Source: Candidatus Bathyarchaeota archaeon
Lineage (GTDB): Archaea; Thermoproteota; Bathyarchaeia; Bathyarchaeales; Bathycorpusculaceae
DNA: 64,000 nucleotides
Assembly (NCBI GenBank): GCA_963770935.1
Contig: CAVYRJ010000007.1
Coordinates: 1 to 64,000 of the forward strand
Direction of reading: 5' to 3'
A program made the position numbers and the translations under genes. Positions 60,221 through 64,000 of the stretch are shown here, piece after piece. The first letter of the stretch is position 1. Every line of letters starts with the position of its first letter. Below the pieces are notes generated by a model that was not told the origin of the DNA, searched no databases, and saw only the letters and a program-made list of their open reading frames with translations.

Positions 60221-61459
60221 TCAAAACCTGTTCATTTTAAGTAAGAAATCAACCTCTTCAGGCGTAAACTTAAACCACGCTGCCAGTGGACTTGTCTTTT
60301 GCTTTTGCAGAATTATCTTAACGAAGGGAACAAAATCGTTTTTTGCGATTGAATGTGAAACGTGGCATCGGGCACCTATTTTGCCGCATATTCCCTCCAG
60401 CATAGTTCTTTTGCCCTTAGTCCAGAACAAAGTGATAATGCGAATCGGGGGCGAAATGAACTCAAACGGTTTGTAGGATTGGGGATTTACCGCGGCGGCT
60501 TTAGATAAGTTGTTGAAAAAATACTTCAAAAGATGCCAATGCTCTGTTCCAATCCTGCCCCGGAAAACGTCTGCTTGCGAAACAAAATCGTATGCAGCGG
60601 CTAGCTCCTCTGGGTCAGTGTACCGTCTGGGAAGGTTGTCGCTTATGGAAAGTAGAAAGTCATCGTAGTCAACGTTTGAGTAGCTTAGCAAACTTGATAC
60701 TTGGGCGATTGATTGTGCCGTGAAGAATCCTCTGAGTGTGTCATCCATGCTGATGTCTTTGTTTCTTGAACTCAGCATCACAGTGTCCTGAAGGGTTAAT
60801 GTATGGTTTTCTTCGCTGAGGCTTTGCAGGTCGTTTATGGCTGACCGCACGTCGCCTCGGCTGTTTTGGGCAATTCTCTCAAGCGCCTCAAACTCCGCTT
60901 TTACATGTTCTAGCAGGCAGATTTTCTGCAATAGTGCAATTACAAGTGGAATGCGTATCTGCTGAAAACGCACAAGCAAACACACTTTCTTTAGGGGTCG
61001 CAGTTTTTCTATGTCAGGGTCGTTGGCAGCCATTATAACTGGTGCACGGGCTTCTTCGACTATTTTGATGATTGCGCCAACGCCGCCTCGGTCTTCGTTG
61101 CCTGCGATGCCGTCGACTTCGTCGAGGAAAAGAAGGTTTCCCTTGCCTTGAGTTTTTGTTGAGAAGTTGTCTAGTGCGACGTAGGAGGTGGCAGGTTTAG
61201 CAACTGCGTTGATTGCTTTCTCTGAGCGTGTGTCGCTGGCGTTCATCTCGATGATGGAAAAGCCGAACTCTTTTGCGGCAGCATTAACCAGTGCCGTTTT
61301 CCCCACGCCAGGGGGTCCATACAGCAACACTGCCTTCTTGTTTCGACGTTTGCTCTTTAGCCACTCCACAAAGGTAGCTTTTGCTTCTTCGTTGCCAACG
61401 ATGTCCTCTATCTTTTTTGGGCGGTATTTTTCAACCCATAAAAGATCATTTCGCTGCAT
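60221..61459 (-). CDS. rfcL: Replication factor C large subunit
   Basis: WVEKYRP, GPPGVGKT, EMNASD, DEVDG, GDVRSAINDLQ. Confidence 0.94.
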   Translation of the reverse strand: MQRNDLLWVEKYRPKKIEDIVGNEEAKATFVEWLKSKRRNKKAVLLYGPPGVGKTALVNAAAKEFGFSIIEMNASDTRSEKAINAVAKPATSYVALDNFSTKTQGKGNLLFLDEVDGIAGNEDRGGVGAIIKIVEEARAPVIMAANDPDIEKLRPLKKVCLLVRFQQIRIPLVIALLQKICLLEHVKAEFEALERIAQNSRGDVRSAINDLQSLSEENHTLTLQDTVMLSSRNKDISMDDTLRGFFTAQSIAQVSSLLSYSNVDYDDFLLSISDNLPRRYTDPEELAAAYDFVSQADVFRGRIGTEHWHLLKYFFNNLSKAAAVNPQSYKPFEFISPPIRIITLFWTKGKRTMLEGICGKIGARCHVSHSIAKNDFVPFVKIILQKQKTSPLAAWFKFTPEEVDFLLKMNRF

Positions 61460-62453
61460 AAGTTTCCTCTACATTTTTCCCAAACTTTGCAAACTGCGCC
61501 AGAAGCGCGCTTAGTTGGATGTCGCTGTTTGCGCCCTGCGTTAGGCGATAGTCGTATTCGCCGATGATGTTTGAGAGATCAGCTTTCTGTTCTGGTGTTA
61601 GGTCGGACATTTTGAAGATTTCCCGTTGCACTTGTCGAATGATTTCTGAGCCTGAAAAGCCGAAGGATCCCATTATTTCATACATTGTTTTTCTGGCTTC
61701 GATGAAATCGCCGTAGAGAGCTTTTCGGATCATTTTTTGGACTTGCATGGGGCTTGCTTCGCCGATAACCAGTGAAACCGTCTTCTCGTCTACGCAACCT
61801 TCCTTGTAGGCTGAAGCAGTTTGAAGGGCGTTTATGGCGTGCCTTAGGTCGCCTTCTGAGTAATCAACGATTTTCTCTGCTGCTTCAGGCTGCAATGTAA
61901 CGTTTTCTTTCTTGGCAATGCATTGCAGGTGCTCTTTCATGGCTTGCTTGTCTAGCCGGGAGAAGCGGAAGATGGCGCAGCGGCTCTGGATTGGCTCGAT
62001 GATTTTGCTGGATTGGTTGCATATTAGGATGAATCTGGATGTCCGTGAACTGGTTTCCATTATACGTCTGAGTGCTGTTTGGGCTGGTCCAGTCATCTGG
62101 TCACATTCATCCAGAATAATTAGTGCGAATGGAATGTCGCCAAAGCCTGAGCGACTGTAACGTGAGAAATCTTTGATTCGGTCGCGGACGGTATCGATGC
62201 CTCTCTCGTCGGAGGCGTTAAGCTCTAATGTGAAGTTTCTCCAGTTTGCCCCGTATAGTTCATGAGCTATAGCAAGAGCGATGGTGGTTTTTCCTGTGCC
62301 TGGGATGCCTGCGAGCATGAGGTGAGGCATGGTTTTGGATTTTTTCATAAATGCTTTGAGGCTCTCCACGATGTCTTTTAGGCCTACGACATCGTCGAGG
62401 GTTTTGGGGCGGTACTTCTCAACCCACATAAGCGCTTCTTCATTAGTTGTCAT
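61446..62453 (-). CDS. rfcS: Replication factor C small subunit
   Basis: WVEKYRP, LELNASDERG, AQTALRR, IQSRC, GDLR. Confidence 0.96.
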   Translation of the reverse strand: MTTNEEALMWVEKYRPKTLDDVVGLKDIVESLKAFMKKSKTMPHLMLAGIPGTGKTTIALAIAHELYGANWRNFTLELNASDERGIDTVRDRIKDFSRYSRSGFGDIPFALIILDECDQMTGPAQTALRRIMETSSRTSRFILICNQSSKIIEPIQSRCAIFRFSRLDKQAMKEHLQCIAKKENVTLQPEAAEKIVDYSEGDLRHAINALQTASAYKEGCVDEKTVSLVIGEASPMQVQKMIRKALYGDFIEARKTMYEIMGSFGFSGSEIIRQVQREIFKMSDLTPEQKADLSNIIGEYDYRLTQGANSDIQLSALLAQFAKFGKNVEETYAAK

Positions 62454-62536
62454 AAGTTAACCTTCAACAATAAATTATAGAATAACTTGCTCTAATTACT
62501 ATTTTATCTTTCTCTATCAAAAAAGATATAGCAAGA

Positions 62537-62878
62537 TTAGCCGATCTTGCTGCCTTCAACAATATCTTTTTCAGGCTGCAATACCGTAACGTTGCCAGCT
62601 TCGTCTTCAGCCGCTAAAATCATGCATTGCGATTCTATGCCCGCCAGTATGCGCCTTTGGAGGTTTAAAAGGAAAACGCATTTTTTGCCAACCAACTCCT
62701 CAGGCTTGTAATATTTAAGCAACCCCGCAACTGCCTGGCGCTTCTCTGACCCAAAATCAACGAGAATTTTAATCAGCTTTTTCGATTCGGGAATTTGGGT
62801 TGCCTCTATTATTTTTCCAATGCGCAAATCAATTTTTTCGAAATCTGTGAATGTTATTTCTTCAACCATCCAGTTCAC
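62537..62878 (-). CDS. Stand-alone tRNA-binding domain (CsaA/Trbp111/MetRS C-terminal family)
   Basis: DFEKIDLRIGKI, RQAVAG, NL..R.LAGIESQCMIL. Confidence 0.88.
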   Translation of the reverse strand: MNWMVEEITFTDFEKIDLRIGKIIEATQIPESKKLIKILVDFGSEKRQAVAGLLKYYKPEELVGKKCVFLLNLQRRILAGIESQCMILAAEDEAGNVTVLQPEKDIVEGSKIG

Positions 62879-63049
62879 GTCATCGCTAGGTTATGGCGCA
62901 TTTAGATATTTACTTTGCTTGCTGGTTAGTTGGTTTCTATGTCTGATTTTTTGCGGCAACATGTCTTCTAAAATTAGCTTTTTTGATATGCAAACTTGTG
63001 TGTTGTGGGCTTTTTTTTACTGAAAAATTCTTTGAAAGCTTGAGCAATT

Positions 63050-63724
63050 TTAAGACTTGCTGTTTCTGGGTTTTCGCTTAATTGTGCGTTTCACTGGGTC
63101 AAATCGTTTTAGTTGGTCCTCAAGTGATTTTCTGCGCACTTCCAGCGTGATGTCGCCCCGCGTAGACTCAATGATTCGCCTCGCAATGTCTGATTTGTGT
63201 CTGAGTCCTGGGACAAGCATGTAAGCCTCATCCAACGCTAACATTTGAATGAAGACTTGGTCCATGATTTGGAGGCATTTTTCGCCTTTCTCAACTTCGC
63301 CCTCTCGCAGGTTATCAAGCGCCAAACGCCTGTACTCGCCGATAACATCAGCTAAACCCAGCACATAATCGACAGAAGGCACATTAATCTCCGCTGGCGT
63401 CACAAACCGCTCTTCCCTAACTAATACCAAGAAGATGTTCGCTTCAGAATATTCTTGAAATGCCGCGCTAAGCATGCCCCCGTAAATGATTTCGGGGTAC
63501 TGTTTAGCTTGTTCTTGGAGTCTTACGATTTTTTCTTTGGCGCTTGCAACCATTTTTTCGGCATCGTCGAATCTTTTTTGGTGAATAAGCAGAATCGCTT
63601 GTTTAGATAGGCTTGTGGCTTTACGCATACTTTCATGCGTTTCCTCGCGAATCTGGTTCTTTTCCATAAGCTCGCATTTTACTGCTTGGATAACTGCTTC
63701 TAGAGAGGACAATACTGCACCCAA
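63050..63724 (-). CDS. Translin/TRAX-family protein
   Basis: QEYSEA, YVLGLADVIGEYRR, LRHKSD. Confidence 0.88.
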   Translation of the reverse strand: MGAVLSSLEAVIQAVKCELMEKNQIREETHESMRKATSLSKQAILLIHQKRFDDAEKMVASAKEKIVRLQEQAKQYPEIIYGGMLSAAFQEYSEANIFLVLVREERFVTPAEINVPSVDYVLGLADVIGEYRRLALDNLREGEVEKGEKCLQIMDQVFIQMLALDEAYMLVPGLRHKSDIARRIIESTRGDITLEVRRKSLEDQLKRFDPVKRTIKRKPRNSKS

Positions 63725-63779
63725 TAAAAGGATTGGTTTGGTTGTTTATTTCAATTTCTTAAAAAACCTACGCATATTC

Positions 63780-63971
63780 TTATATCGGTTGGGAGCCTGC
63801 CCACTTCTCAACAAGCAGCCTTCCATCGCCTAAAGCGAAGCTTACTTTAACAAAAACTGTGCCTCCGCCCTTAAACGGGAACATGCTGTCCTCTGCCAAG
63901 TCTTTAGGCAAGTAAACAAGGTACTTGCCGTCTTTCCTTCGAAATAGCCTTCCTCTTCCTTCGCTTACCAT
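63780..63971 (-). CDS. Small AbrB-like protein
   Basis: GRLFRRKDGKYLVYLPKDLAEDSMFPF beta-hairpin pattern. Confidence 0.55.
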   Translation of the reverse strand: MVSEGRGRLFRRKDGKYLVYLPKDLAEDSMFPFKGGGTVFVKVSFALGDGRLLVEKWAGSQPI

Positions 63972-64000
63972 AGCATGATCCCCGAATGACCAAGACAGAA

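Noticed and set aside
59675-60244. 189-aa plus-strand ORF
   Set aside because: Overlaps the Cys-rich minus-strand gene and a promoter region; composition does not look coding
1-64000. tRNA, rRNA, transposase, integrase or defence genes
   Set aside because: None recognised by eye; tRNAscan-SE and Infernal would be needed to exclude intron-containing tRNAs or more small RNAs

Overview
Archaeal core-genome window, most consistent with Bathyarchaeia/TACK (PolD, Elf1, Nop10, Csl4, Pus10, GGGP synthase, thaumarchaeosortase-like protein); the lineage is inferred from gene content. It holds a likely chromosomal replication origin (four ORB-like elements and an AT-rich unwinding element upstream of cdc6/orc1) within a replication and translation supercluster (PolD DP1/DP2, PCNA, PriS/L, GINS, MCM, RFC, SRP54, aIF5A, ribosomal proteins). 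The most striking unexplained feature is next to the origin: three uncharacterised HTH proteins, one built as membrane anchor + coiled coil + winged helix, among dense arrays of GTGA(T/C/A) repeats and palindromes. This is a candidate origin-tethering or segregation system. Also notable: aIF2-alpha reduced to a 21-codon remnant in its conserved operon, a C/D-box sRNA with a plausible 23S rRNA target, an Ahb-like radical SAM probably fused to a V4R-like domain, a split APH-like/AAA_33 kinase pair with a PHP hydrolase, and glycosyltransferases inserted in the primase operon. Several genes, including essential priS, are frameshifted, so the assembly probably has indel errors.
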